From a virus, in IMG/VR virus record IMGVR_UViG_3300033802_000183: DNA of 44,948 bases; one strand, written 5' to 3'. The translations under genes and the position numbers were made by a program. This document shows, one piece after another, positions 1 through 8,434 of this stretch; position 1 is the stretch's first letter, and the number at the start of each line of letters is the position of its first letter. The notes beneath the pieces are model-generated. The model worked only from the letters and a program-made list of their open reading frames with translations. It was not told the DNA's origin and searched no databases.

Positions 1-127
1 CGCACCGCCCATTCCTCGCCAACATTCGGTGCAAATTGGGAACGTTTTTCCGTTCTCCTCCACCATGCCTACAGCGTCGTTAATGTTGCACAGATCGCAC
101 AACATCAGGCATCACATCCCACATTTC
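1..127. repeat. Terminal direct repeat, copy 1 (assembly overlap of a circular contig)
   Basis: Bases 1-127 (cgcaccgcccattcctcgcc...cacatttc) read identically at 44822-44948. Confidence 0.95.
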
Positions 128-139
128 ACAATTTCCCAC

Positions 140-394
140 CTAATCAAACAATTCGTCCCAATCTTCATCCGGATTTTTGGCCTCTTGCTCCAGTTTTTTG
201 TCGCATTCAAAATGCATCCGATCTTCGCTAGCCGAAAAAACACCTTCGTATGAACCGCAAATTTTCCAGTGCGCGTATATTTCACCCGGCATAATTAATT
301 CACCGCATTCATCACACAAATGTCTTTTTCTTGCCTTACGCTCCTGCTTCGTCCAATTTCCGAACCCCAAGAGCGACCCCTCCTCACATCTCAC
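140..394 (-). CDS. Hypothetical small Cys-rich (Zn-ribbon-like) protein
   Basis: 84-aa ORF with CDEC...H..C...C spacing. It sits in the tightly packed minus-strand early operon. Confidence 0.6.
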   Translation of the reverse strand: MRCEEGSLLGFGNWTKQERKARKRHLCDECGELIMPGEIYAHWKICGSYEGVFSASEDRMHFECDKKLEQEAKNPDEDWDELFD

Positions 395-653
395 ATTTCC
401 GGCAGTCGTTGCCGTAGACCTGGGATTCGTCTAACTGCTTCAAAACCGCTTCTCTCACTTCAACCGCTGAAAACATGACGTAAATCGTACCGTCTCCAAA
501 GTCATTGACGATATCTCCGACTGGCCCGCCTTTCCAGAGCCGCCGGGTATCCGTTTTGCCCCAACGCCCGGGAATGCGGAAACCAACTTGCGCTGTTTCG
601 CCTGCAAGTTCAATCTGCCGATCGCAGTGTTTGATGATCTCTTCCGGTTTCAT
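384..653 (-). CDS. Hypothetical protein
   Basis: Track ORF is 384..680. Start moved to the ATG at 653, which follows GAGGGAGGGAAAAGGG. Confidence 0.6.
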   Translation of the reverse strand: MKPEEIIKHCDRQIELAGETAQVGFRIPGRWGKTDTRRLWKGGPVGDIVNDFGDGTIYVMFSAVEVREAVLKQLDESQVYGNDCRKCEM

Positions 654-667
654 CCCTTTTCCCTCCC

Positions 668-853
668 TCACATCAACCATTGATTTTTTAAATTAATTGC
701 CTTCAATGGTCTTCCAAGTTCATCCCTCGGAGGCGGCAAGTTTCGGTATTTTTCAAGTTCTTCCGGCGTGAGGTAATATATCCTCACTTCACTATGCAGC
801 GGTCCGATCTGTTCGTTCTTTCTATTCGGAATGGAGAATCTTTGTTGTAGCAT
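668..853 (-). CDS. Hypothetical protein
   Basis: 61-aa ORF in operon context. Confidence 0.5.
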   Translation of the reverse strand: MLQQRFSIPNRKNEQIGPLHSEVRIYYLTPEELEKYRNLPPPRDELGRPLKAINLKNQWLM

Positions 854-879
854 CGTTATCCCTGCCTTAATATCAATTT

Positions 880-1128
880 TTATCCTGCTTTTACATAACG
901 CGGTTCGCCGTAGTATTCGATGATTTCTTTTACAGTCATAAGCCCTTTGTTGGTCATTGTCTGCATATCGTCAGGAATTCTTGTGACTTTGCAATGGGCG
1001 AATGAAACACGATGATCTGTTAAACTCACATGAAAGTCTTCCAGCATCTTTATGGCTTCTTCGGGACTGTGCGCTATGATCCAGTCTTTTACAGTTTCAT
1101 GATGTTCGATTTCATACATGCTTAACAT
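880..1128 (-). CDS. Hypothetical protein
   Basis: 82-aa ORF in operon context. Confidence 0.6.
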   Translation of the reverse strand: MLSMYEIEHHETVKDWIIAHSPEEAIKMLEDFHVSLTDHRVSFAHCKVTRIPDDMQTMTNKGLMTVKEIIEYYGEPRYVKAG

Positions 1129-1143
1129 CCTTTTACCACCTTT

Positions 1144-1665
1144 CTAAATTCCTGTGTGTCCAAATCCGCCGTTTCCACGCCTTGTTTCGCTCAATTCTTC
1201 CACTTCAATGAAATTTGCTTGTACTATCGGCGCTATAATTCCTTGTGCAATCCGGTCACCTTTGCGGATGATATAGGTTCCGTGTATGAGTTTCTTATCT
1301 CCAAGTTGAATAACTTCTGTTCCGTCACTATAATAAGCTGTTCCTTCTAACGGCGGTCCCCATCCATCTGCTAGATATGCACGATTTATGTTATTCACGA
1401 TCACGCCTATTTCCCCGCGATAATCTGCATCAATCGTCCCTAGTTGCACCCTTAGTTTGGTTTTCAACGTTATTCCCGATCTCGGCCTGATCTGCAATTC
1501 GTATCCCGGTGGAAGTTCTATAGCAAGTCCCGTTTTAACCAATTCTGTTGACTCCGGCGGGATGATCACATCCTCGGCGGCGATAAGATCAAATCCTGCT
1601 GCTTGTTCTGTTGCGTATATGGGTAGTGGAACGTCTTTGGTAAGGCGTTTTATTTTGATGTTCAT
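1144..1665 (-). CDS. dut: Trimeric dUTPase with an extra insertion between motifs III and IV
   Basis: Motifs AAGFDL, RPRSG, GTIDADYRGEI, GDRIAQ and RGNGGFGHTG are present. The ATG at 1665 overlaps the upstream stop (ATGA). Confidence 0.9.
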   Translation of the reverse strand: MNIKIKRLTKDVPLPIYATEQAAGFDLIAAEDVIIPPESTELVKTGLAIELPPGYELQIRPRSGITLKTKLRVQLGTIDADYRGEIGVIVNNINRAYLADGWGPPLEGTAYYSDGTEVIQLGDKKLIHGTYIIRKGDRIAQGIIAPIVQANFIEVEELSETRRGNGGFGHTGI

Positions 1666-2483
1666 ACCCCACACATCCCTTCACACTCATTGATAAATCC
1701 ATCGTCGAATAAGTCCATTTGGTTTTCTCTTAAGTCCACTTGGTCAAGTGGTACACAAGAACGGTGTAAGTAAACTTCATTTTTGAATCGTTTGAGTTTT
1801 CGGATTTCATAGTCAACCTTGACGGCTTCTTCCCATTCCTCTGGTGCTTCTCTTTTCATTTCAAGCCATAGTCTATCATCGTGGAACGGGCAGCCGATGC
1901 AGCTTGATTTTGGCGGGATGGGATAACCGTTCCGTGTAAGCCAGTTCATACAGTCCAGGCGATTCATTCCCAATTCGATCAATGGCCAGCGGTGTTCAAT
2001 CCATGACACGCGGGAAGGTTTCACGCGCATGATTTCATCAGTAGATATGCCAATCCATTCAACGACCTTTTCTTTGATTCTCTGTCGCGGCTGGTAGCCA
2101 ATCTGTTCGCGGATCGCTTTTTGAATAACCTCGATTTTGTACTCTTTCGTGCATTGGCGTTTCAGCATGGATATTGAGCCATCTTTGTTTTTAACGAAAA
2201 ATGGGAAGTTCGCAAATCTAACTTGATTTTTCGATTGGACATCCGCATCTACCGCTGTTAGAAGATCGTCGCGGATATTGCTTTTTTGCACTGTGATAAT
2301 TGGTACCCCGAATTCATAGGCTTTTGTTTTCAGCCATTCCAAATGTTTGTATACTTTTTTCGGTTCCCAACCGGTATCCGCGAATATTGCAAAGTCTGGT
2401 TTCGGTTCAATTTCTCCATGGCACGCCATCAGGAACATTGTTGTGCTTTGTACGCCTGCTCCTAAACTGATTACTTGTGTCAA
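1662..2483 (-). CDS. PAPS-reductase-family / PP-loop ATPase-like protein
   Basis: N-terminal SLGAGVQST PP-loop-like motif and C-terminal CIGCPFH, typical of the phage PAPS reductase-like clade. Confidence 0.7.
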   Translation of the reverse strand: MTQVISLGAGVQSTTMFLMACHGEIEPKPDFAIFADTGWEPKKVYKHLEWLKTKAYEFGVPIITVQKSNIRDDLLTAVDADVQSKNQVRFANFPFFVKNKDGSISMLKRQCTKEYKIEVIQKAIREQIGYQPRQRIKEKVVEWIGISTDEIMRVKPSRVSWIEHRWPLIELGMNRLDCMNWLTRNGYPIPPKSSCIGCPFHDDRLWLEMKREAPEEWEEAVKVDYEIRKLKRFKNEVYLHRSCVPLDQVDLRENQMDLFDDGFINECEGMCGV

Positions 2484-2484
2484 T

Positions 2485-2766
2485 TTATTCCCTCGCTTTC
2501 GCCTCTCCCATCAGGGCTACATACGCCGCCATATCCTCCACGCTGTCCGCGTGATAGCCTTCCCTCTGAAACGCTCTGACCGCCTTTAGTAGCGCCATGA
2601 ACAGCCAGCCTTGCGCTTCGGTGAGGTTATGCCCGGTGATCGCGTTGAAGGCTTGTACCGTAGCGCTCATCGACCGTTCGCCTTCGGGTTTATCGTACGT
2701 TTTCGCCCGTTCGCTAATGTGAAATGCTGCCTGGGCGAGAATGGTTTCTGGTGTGAATTTGCTCAT
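2485..2766 (-). CDS. Hypothetical protein (DUF6378-like by my recollection)
   Basis: 93 aa with ERAKTYDKPEGERS ... LKAVR ... DSVEDMAAY. The family assignment is from memory only. Confidence 0.55.
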   Translation of the reverse strand: MSKFTPETILAQAAFHISERAKTYDKPEGERSMSATVQAFNAITGHNLTEAQGWLFMALLKAVRAFQREGYHADSVEDMAAYVALMGEAKARE

Positions 2767-2776
2767 ATTCTCAACC

Positions 2777-3154
2777 TCACTGAAAAACTTCCAGTATTTC
2801 TTTTAATGCGTAGTATTCTGGATTGAATATTTGAAGTATTTTATCTGGCAAAGATAAAATTGTTGCTAGTACGAAAACAAGGTTTAATATACCGAAAATT
2901 GACAATGTTAAGAGAAAAATGAATTCAATATCCTTTTCACAAAGATCATTCCAGTTATTTATCGTGTATCGAGCAAACTTAAATGTTAATAACGACAACG
3001 CTAATACTCCGATAATTAAAACTATTGAAAGTACCCAACCTTCTACATACTTTTGCCTAACCAAAGTTTCAAACACATACTCACTTGCAACGCCTAAACT
3101 TTTAGCGATTTGGTCAATGTATTGCATGATTTTTTCTTGTAACTGTTCGTTCAT
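2777..3154 (-). CDS. Membrane protein, two predicted TM helices
   Basis: Start moved to the ATG at 3154 after GAAGGAGG. Hydrophobic stretches WVLSIVLIIGVLALSLL and IFLLTLSIFGILNLVFVLATIL. Confidence 0.65.
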   Translation of the reverse strand: MNEQLQEKIMQYIDQIAKSLGVASEYVFETLVRQKYVEGWVLSIVLIIGVLALSLLTFKFARYTINNWNDLCEKDIEFIFLLTLSIFGILNLVFVLATILSLPDKILQIFNPEYYALKEILEVFQ

Positions 3155-3167
3155 TTTGTGGCCTCCT

Positions 3168-3638
3168 TCAAATAACAATTATTTCATGCCTGAATAATCC
3201 TTCTTCTGCCGGTTCCAGTGGTGGCGGGAATCGATCTGGCGGCAATCGTAACAGCAATTTACCACTTTTGCTCCTTCCGGCCTTTCGGAATCCTGCCGCA
3301 TGGAAGCAGCCGCCTCTCAAATGCTCTCCAACGTAGGTTATCATCCCGTCCGGCGGCGGTTCGCCCCATAGATGTCGTGTGATTCCGAGTGCTAACACGA
3401 TCAAATGCGAGGAAAGATAATGACCTTCGTTCCGAAACATCGTGCATTCCCAAGCGTTCCAACCATCGTCACGGATTCCGCGCCATGTTACCCATAAAGC
3501 TTGTTCATCTTCTGTTAGTAAAACAAGATTTTGTCCGGGCCGTGTAAATTGCGGTGTACCGGGCTTTTGCCTTGTATAATGTCGGTCAGCTAGTCGTAAT
3601 GCTCGCCAGTCGGACTTTTGAATCGGAACCCATGTCAT
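3168..3638 (-). CDS. Hypothetical protein
   Basis: 156-aa ORF. The nested ORF 3259..3462 is treated as a shadow. Confidence 0.6.
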   Translation of the reverse strand: MTWVPIQKSDWRALRLADRHYTRQKPGTPQFTRPGQNLVLLTEDEQALWVTWRGIRDDGWNAWECTMFRNEGHYLSSHLIVLALGITRHLWGEPPPDGMITYVGEHLRGGCFHAAGFRKAGRSKSGKLLLRLPPDRFPPPLEPAEEGLFRHEIIVI

Positions 3639-3651
3639 TTACTTCCCTCCT

Positions 3652-3894
3652 TCAAAACATTGTAAGTTGTTCCGGTTCCGGCACGTACGGTTTCGACCGC
3701 TTGTCAAACTGCTCCGCAATCCATCGTCCGCAATAGTTGTCGGCGCGGAAAAAGACGATTTCGTATTTGCCGACGATATGCCGGGCGACCTCGCGAACGG
3801 GTTTTCCGTCGAGCATGTGCGTCCAGTTTCCGGGCGATTGTGCCAGGATTTCCTGCGTTAGTCGGACAGATTCGGCATAGGTGATGTGTTTCAT
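3652..3894 (-). CDS. Hypothetical protein
   Basis: 80-aa ORF whose start overlaps the next gene by 4 nt. Confidence 0.6.
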   Translation of the reverse strand: MKHITYAESVRLTQEILAQSPGNWTHMLDGKPVREVARHIVGKYEIVFFRADNYCGRWIAEQFDKRSKPYVPEPEQLTMF

Positions 3895-4082
3895 TGCACT
3901 TCCTCCACTACCAGATTTGCAAATACCTTCAGCGGAAACTCCTTCATTTCGCCATTTACATTGACAACCACGTTATTTCCTCGTATTCCCTCCACCCGAC
4001 GAATGATTGTTTTGACAGGAAGCCCACCGCTCAATCTGTATGACCGTCCGGCTTGGATTTGTTCGGGTTTAAGCCGTTTCAC
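3891..4082 (-). CDS. Hypothetical protein
   Basis: 63-aa ORF with a GTG start in a GTGA overlap with the upstream micro-ORF. Confidence 0.55.
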   Translation of the reverse strand: MKRLKPEQIQAGRSYRLSGGLPVKTIIRRVEGIRGNNVVVNVNGEMKEFPLKVFANLVVEEVQ

Positions 4083-4234
4083 TTCAATTTTTCCTCCCTC
4101 AACTTTTTGATTGCCTTCTCCACATCCTCCGGCAGTATGACATACCGCAGTTCGTCGATCGCATAGACTGTTGGAATTCCGTTTTTCACTTTCAACACCG
4201 TCAACGTTTTGCGCACTTTGTCACCGGGTTTCAT
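4079..4234 (-). CDS. Hypothetical 51-aa protein (below the track cutoff)
   Basis: Hand translation: MKPGDKVRKTLTVLKVKNGIPTVYAIDELRYVILPEDVEKAIKKLREEKLK. Its stop overlaps the next start. Confidence 0.5.
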   Translation of the reverse strand: MKPGDKVRKTLTVLKVKNGIPTVYAIDELRYVILPEDVEKAIKKLREEKLK

Positions 4235-4264
4235 GCGTTCGCCACCTCTTTCATTCCTTTCCCC

Positions 4265-4621
4265 TCACAACGGATATATCGAAACTTCAACCCGCGGATT
4301 TTTCTTGTCTACCTCAAACCGATGCATGATATTGCCGATGTTTTTCCAGCGATCATCTGGCAATACCCCAGCTTGCACTAGTCCATCGAATATAAATTTT
4401 TGGCCTGCCATGATGTTGTCTTTTTCGCGGCGTGTGTCAGGGCAATACCAAGTTATGGTGAAATCCGCTTTTTGCAAGGGCCTGATTTTCTGCTCCTTCG
4501 CGTGCCATGCCACCCGTTCTGTCTCCGTTTTCTTCATCTCGCGGTAATAGTTCCAGTGTCCTTTTGCCGCTGCGATGATTTCGTTTTCGCTCGGTAGTCT
4601 GCCTGGAATGACAAGTTTCAT
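4265..4621 (-). CDS. rusA: RusA-family Holliday junction resolvase
   Basis: EKDNIMAGQKFIFDGLVQAGVLPDD matches the RusA catalytic Asp pattern. The ATG at 4621 is in an ATGA overlap. Confidence 0.8.
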   Translation of the reverse strand: MKLVIPGRLPSENEIIAAAKGHWNYYREMKKTETERVAWHAKEQKIRPLQKADFTITWYCPDTRREKDNIMAGQKFIFDGLVQAGVLPDDRWKNIGNIMHRFEVDKKNPRVEVSIYPL

Positions 4622-4869
4622 CTCGGCATTCTCCTTCCCCATACACCGCCTTTGCGCTTCTGTATATTCCCGCGTTTCACCCGGTCTATGGCCAGTATCA
4701 CCACTTCGTCCGGATCGCGGTCAAATGCTTTGGCGATGTCCCAAATGCTGAAACCTTCGTTCCACATATGGTCAAAAGCAACTACGTCTCTTTCGTCCCA
4801 TACAAAGTCCAGATTTTCACAGGCAAGATAAATGTTTTGCCTTTGATGTTTCAGTTCCACGACGTTCAT
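4618..4869 (-). CDS. Hypothetical protein, possible HTH
   Basis: This is the C-terminal 83 aa of track ORF 4618..5145. The ATG at 4869 overlaps the stop of 4866..5135 (ATGA). Confidence 0.6.
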   Translation of the reverse strand: MNVVELKHQRQNIYLACENLDFVWDERDVVAFDHMWNEGFSIWDIAKAFDRDPDEVVILAIDRVKRGNIQKRKGGVWGRRMPR

Positions 4870-5135
4870 CTTTTTCGCCCTTTCAGCAAGTAATAAATCT
4901 TGGTGATCCGCTGCTCGGACCGAAACCATATGTGACGGATGCCGGCTGAAGGGATGTTTTTCTTCACTTCGCCGGGTTCCAGGTGGATTTCTTCCGGCCT
5001 TTCTTCCCCCGGAATGATGTTTCCCAGAATGATGATTGCTGCGTATCGACCGCGGTTTTGGAAGTTGCATTCGTACACCGGGAAATCCGTTTCCACTCGG
5101 GCAAATCCGTCTGTGACGTACCACATGCCGCGCAT
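4866..5135 (-). CDS. Hypothetical protein
   Basis: 89 aa with a TAATG overlap to the upstream gene and a GGTGA SD. Confidence 0.6.
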   Translation of the reverse strand: MRGMWYVTDGFARVETDFPVYECNFQNRGRYAAIIILGNIIPGEERPEEIHLEPGEVKKNIPSAGIRHIWFRSEQRITKIYYLLKGRKR

Positions 5136-5944
5136 TATTCTTCACCGGATAAACGATAGTTCAATTCCAATCCGCCCTGCAGCAGTACTGCATAATCCCT
5201 ACACATTTCGTATAGCCGTGAACCTATGGCCATATCGAAGGCGCAAATCCGGTCAAAGTCCCATTCAGACGAAATAAGAATTGGCAGATTGTTCAGATAA
5301 CGGTGATTGACGATTGCAAATAATTGCTCGCGTTGAAACTCTGTAGGTTTTTCCCGGCCCTTAAAAAGATCGTCGATGTAAAGCACCGGAACCGTCTGCA
5401 ACCTGTAGACTTTTTCTTCGCTCAAGTCCAGGTTAGCCTTCAAGTTGTTGAACCCTTCCACCCAGGGGAAGTACAGGACCCCGACTCCGTTTTGCATTAG
5501 GTTGTTTGCTATGGCCATGAGCAGATGAGTTTTTCCGCAACCTGGAACGCCCAACAAAGCAATGCTGTTTCTCCGTTGGTGCCGGATATTTTCAAAGTCT
5601 GCGACATATTCCTTTGCTGCTTCGTAAGCGTCTTTTACCGCCTGCGGACGGCCTTCAACATCGAAATTGTCAAACGTTTTTTTGCGAAATTCCTCTGTAA
5701 TTTGACTTGCCTTAAACAAGCGTTCAATCCGTTTTCTTTCCGCACATTCACAAAACTTCCATGCTTCCGACCCATCTTCGCGTGTAATGATAAACCCTTC
5801 TTCATCTCGGCATTTAGGGCATTGATACACTCTTTCGGTTAAGTCTTCCGACTTTTCCGCCTGTAATTGACGGATACGGTTGATCCTCTCTTGAATCGTA
5901 TCCATGATGCTGGACATTGATTGCAACATCCTCACCACCAGCAA
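5135..5944 (-). CDS. DnaC/DnaI-like helicase loader (IstB-like AAA+ ATPase)
   Basis: Walker A GVPGCGKTH, Walker B LYIDDL and an N-terminal CPKC...CEC zinc module. The start is uncertain (5944, 5929, 5917 or 5905). Confidence 0.85.
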   Translation of the reverse strand: MLVVRMLQSMSSIMDTIQERINRIRQLQAEKSEDLTERVYQCPKCRDEEGFIITREDGSEAWKFCECAERKRIERLFKASQITEEFRKKTFDNFDVEGRPQAVKDAYEAAKEYVADFENIRHQRRNSIALLGVPGCGKTHLLMAIANNLMQNGVGVLYFPWVEGFNNLKANLDLSEEKVYRLQTVPVLYIDDLFKGREKPTEFQREQLFAIVNHRYLNNLPILISSEWDFDRICAFDMAIGSRLYEMCRDYAVLLQGGLELNYRLSGEE

Positions 5945-6662
5945 CTATTTTTTTAACAGGATGGGATTTCATTATCCGTAACGTGATTTGATCCCATTTT
6001 TTCCGTAGGTTTGCAGGAGATAAAATGACAGTACTCCAAAAATCATCTTGTGAAACCCAGTCAATGACTTTGGCTACTTCATGCGCATCTCTTTTGTCAA
6101 TCTCCATGAGCTTACGCATATCATCAGCCCATTTTTGCAAATCGGGTTCTTTGAAATCCGGTTTGTTCTCTTTGATCTTCGCCAGCAAATATGATGCAGC
6201 GCGATAAGGAACACTGTCTTTGTCGTAAACTTGTTTGCGACGAGAAGAATTATTATTTTTATTTATATCTTTTCTATGTCTATTAATGGTCAAGTGTTGG
6301 TCCGCTGTTTGGTCAAGTGTTTGGTCAAGTGTTTGGTCAAGTGTTTGGTCAAGCGTTTGGTCGTCTGATTGGTCAAATGATTTGACCAATGAAATCATTT
6401 TGTATGAACCTGCTTGTTTTCTATTCCCTGGTTTGTAATCAATAAGTCCCTTTAGTTTTAATTCATTCCGTGCGTCGGCCAAGCCCTGCTTTGAGATCTT
6501 CGCCAACTGTTGAAGCGTTGAATTCGGCACTGTAAACCACTCTGACCACCCAGCCATGTTGTTTACGGACATCAATGTGTACCATAAAGCAACTCCGCTT
6601 GTGGTCAACGGGTTTAACATTAGCCAATCCCTAAACGCGTTCAACTCTCGGAAAAATTTCAT
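5814..6662 (-). CDS. Replication initiator / replisome organizer with a DnaD-like C-terminal domain
   Basis: The ATG at 6662 (MKFFRELNAF) is in an ATGA overlap. The N-terminal winged-helix-like region and the C-terminal YLLAKIKENKP...WDQI segment resemble the DnaD/DnaB_2 domain. Confidence 0.8.
   Translation of the reverse strand: MKFFRELNAFRDWLMLNPLTTSGVALWYTLMSVNNMAGWSEWFTVPNSTLQQLAKISKQGLADARNELKLKGLIDYKPGNRKQAGSYKMISLVKSFDQSDDQTLDQTLDQTLDQTLDQTADQHLTINRHRKDINKNNNSSRRKQVYDKDSVPYRAASYLLAKIKENKPDFKEPDLQKWADDMRKLMEIDKRDAHEVAKVIDWVSQDDFWSTVILSPANLRKKWDQITLRIMKSHPVKKIVAGGEDVAINVQHHGYDSREDQPYPSITGGKVGRLNRKSVSMP
6288..6389. repeat. Iteron array (8 tandem ~12-bp GGTCAAGTGTTT-type units) ending in a 21-bp perfect palindrome; candidate phage origin
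   Basis: Units start at 6288, 6299, 6311, 6323, 6335, 6347, 6359 and 6371. The palindrome TTGGTCAAATgATTTGACCAA is at 6369-6389. An AT-rich tract at 6243-6285 is adjacent. Confidence 0.7.
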
Positions 6663-6952
6663 CGGATTCTCTCTCCCATCTGTTGGAGCCATTTCCTCCC
6701 CTCTGCCGTGTTGTCCGCCCAATAGTGGCACGCAACGCAAAGGTGAAGTAAATCATTGACTGTGGTTTTCTCTAACTTCCATCTACGGGTAATATGAGCC
6801 GCATGCGCAGCCCTTTTTCCGCAACGTTCACAAAATCCCTTAGATCGCTCATAAAGCTCTTTCCGTACCTTTGGAGTGATTGCCCCGCGTTGTTTCGCCG
6901 TAGGCTTAAACCGCTTGTGTTTTGGCTTTGGTACCGGATTGAACGGGAGCAT
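6659..6952 (-). CDS. HNH-type nuclease-like protein
   Basis: CERCG...HAAHI...LCVACH pattern with a basic PKPKHKRFKP N-terminus. The start is uncertain (track gives 6985, a TTG). Confidence 0.65.
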   Translation of the reverse strand: MLPFNPVPKPKHKRFKPTAKQRGAITPKVRKELYERSKGFCERCGKRAAHAAHITRRWKLEKTTVNDLLHLCVACHYWADNTAEGRKWLQQMGERIR

Positions 6953-7343
6953 ACGGATCACCAACCATTCCATCTGCAAAATCAATCCGCAATTTCAATT
7001 TCAGCGCGTGGATTTCTTCCTTCATGGCTTCAAATGCGTTCCTCCAGCGGTGCATCTTTTCATATGCTTCTGCTTCAAGTTGCCTTAGATCAATCACGGC
7101 CAGTTCTGCATGAGCTTCTCGCGGGCTTGGCGCATTGACATATGCTTCGGCGTACTTCCGTTTCCTTTCCGCATATATGCGCTTGTATTCGCCGTCTAAG
7201 AAGCTGGAAAGCCGACCGACAAACACAAGGCATTTTGCAAGAAGTTCAATCTTTTCCATGAGCGCATGAGGTACATCATCGGGAAGCTTATCGGCTTCCC
7301 TCCGCAGTCTCATGATCTCGGCAATGTGATGGTCAATGTTCAT
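6906..7343 (-). CDS. Hypothetical coiled-coil protein
   Basis: 145-aa ORF with a GGCGGTGA SD. Confidence 0.65.
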   Translation of the reverse strand: MNIDHHIAEIMRLRREADKLPDDVPHALMEKIELLAKCLVFVGRLSSFLDGEYKRIYAERKRKYAEAYVNAPSPREAHAELAVIDLRQLEAEAYEKMHRWRNAFEAMKEEIHALKLKLRIDFADGMVGDPYAPVQSGTKAKTQAV

Positions 7344-7355
7344 GTTTTCACCGCC

Positions 7356-7745
7356 TTAGAACGGGAGGTCTTCATCTGATATATCAAGCTGTTTTCCGTC
7401 GTCCTTGAATGGATCATCACTTTTGTTTGCTTTTTCAAGGAACTTCACGCTATCCGCGACAACCTCGGTGACATAAACTTTCCGGCCTTCGTTGTTTTCG
7501 TAGTTCCGAATTTGGATTCTGCCTTCGATTGCTGCCAAGCGGCCTTTGGCAAGGTATTTTGCCGCATTCTCCCCTAATTTCCCCCATGCAACAATCGGGA
7601 TGAAGTCCGTTTCCTTCTTGCCATTTTGATTGGAGAATTGTCTTTCCACAGCTAAGGTAAATGTCGCGACTCCTGTTCCCGACTGGCTGTATCGCAGTTC
7701 TGGATCGGCGGTAAGTCTTCCGATTAAGATAACCCTATTAAGCAT
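7356..7745 (-). CDS. ssb: Single-stranded DNA-binding protein
   Basis: [21 protein letters not shown]-fold signature and a C-terminal acidic tail DEDLPF. The ATG at 7745 follows AAAGGAG. Confidence 0.92.
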   Translation of the reverse strand: MLNRVILIGRLTADPELRYSQSGTGVATFTLAVERQFSNQNGKKETDFIPIVAWGKLGENAAKYLAKGRLAAIEGRIQIRNYENNEGRKVYVTEVVADSVKFLEKANKSDDPFKDDGKQLDISDEDLPF

Positions 7746-7747
7746 GG

Positions 7748-8434
7748 TCACGCTCCTTTCTTTTTCTGCTCTTGCGCCTTTTTAAGCAGTTGATTGGCAA
7801 GTATTTGTTCCAATGTTTTCAAATCTTGGAGCGTAACCGTTTCTAAAGTCTTTTTCCATTTTTCATTCAGGAACGCTTCAAGACTTTCTTTTGCTTTTGT
7901 TGTGTCCTTTTCACCACTCAGTGTCTGCCATTTTGCAAGGACATGATTCAATTTTGTTTGGCGCTCAAGTTCTCTTTCTTCATCAGAAGTATCATTTTGT
8001 GCGTTTCGTTCATCGACTCCGCGATCTGCTTCTGGATCGTCCCCTGTAGGAATCATGAATGCCTTCATAAGTGCATATTTTTGCGCCCCAGTAATGGCTT
8101 TATAAGTCCCTTTATCCCCAGCGTCCTGACCTTCGCCGTAAGTTGTAAAAGATATGGTTTCTCCTGTATCTCCGTCCATAAAAGTGAATTCTACTTCGAC
8201 CGTTGCAATATACTCTGTGTTGCCCTTTCGATTTACGTGTTCTCTAATTTGATGGCTTTTTACGCTTGGAATCATAATAATATTCCGCTTTGCAAGTTCC
8301 TCGCGCACTTTTTCGTTCACGTCTGCTTCCGTTGCGTATTTATAGCGGTTAAATTCGTTATATCCGTTCTTTGGAATGTATTTGACCTGCATCATGACTT
8401 CGGCCAATTTTTTAACAAGTTGTTTATCACTCAT
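7748..8434 (-). CDS. ERF-family single-strand annealing recombinase
   Basis: [21 protein letters not shown] ... [27 protein letters not shown] matches the ERF core. Confidence 0.85.
   Translation of the reverse strand: MSDKQLVKKLAEVMMQVKYIPKNGYNEFNRYKYATEADVNEKVREELAKRNIIMIPSVKSHQIREHVNRKGNTEYIATVEVEFTFMDGDTGETISFTTYGEGQDAGDKGTYKAITGAQKYALMKAFMIPTGDDPEADRGVDERNAQNDTSDEERELERQTKLNHVLAKWQTLSGEKDTTKAKESLEAFLNEKWKKTLETVTLQDLKTLEQILANQLLKKAQEQKKKGA

Noticed and set aside
4870-5145. N-terminal 92 aa of track ORF 4618..5145.
   Set aside because: It is an out-of-frame shadow of 4866..5135 with His/Arg/Ser/Gly-rich junk composition. An internal ATG at 4869 with an ATGA overlap gives a sensible 83-aa protein.
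6288-6382. The tandem 12-bp repeats might be a CRISPR-like or minisatellite array.
   Set aside because: The units are contiguous with no spacers, lie in frame inside a replication initiator gene and end in a palindrome. An iteron/origin reading fits better.
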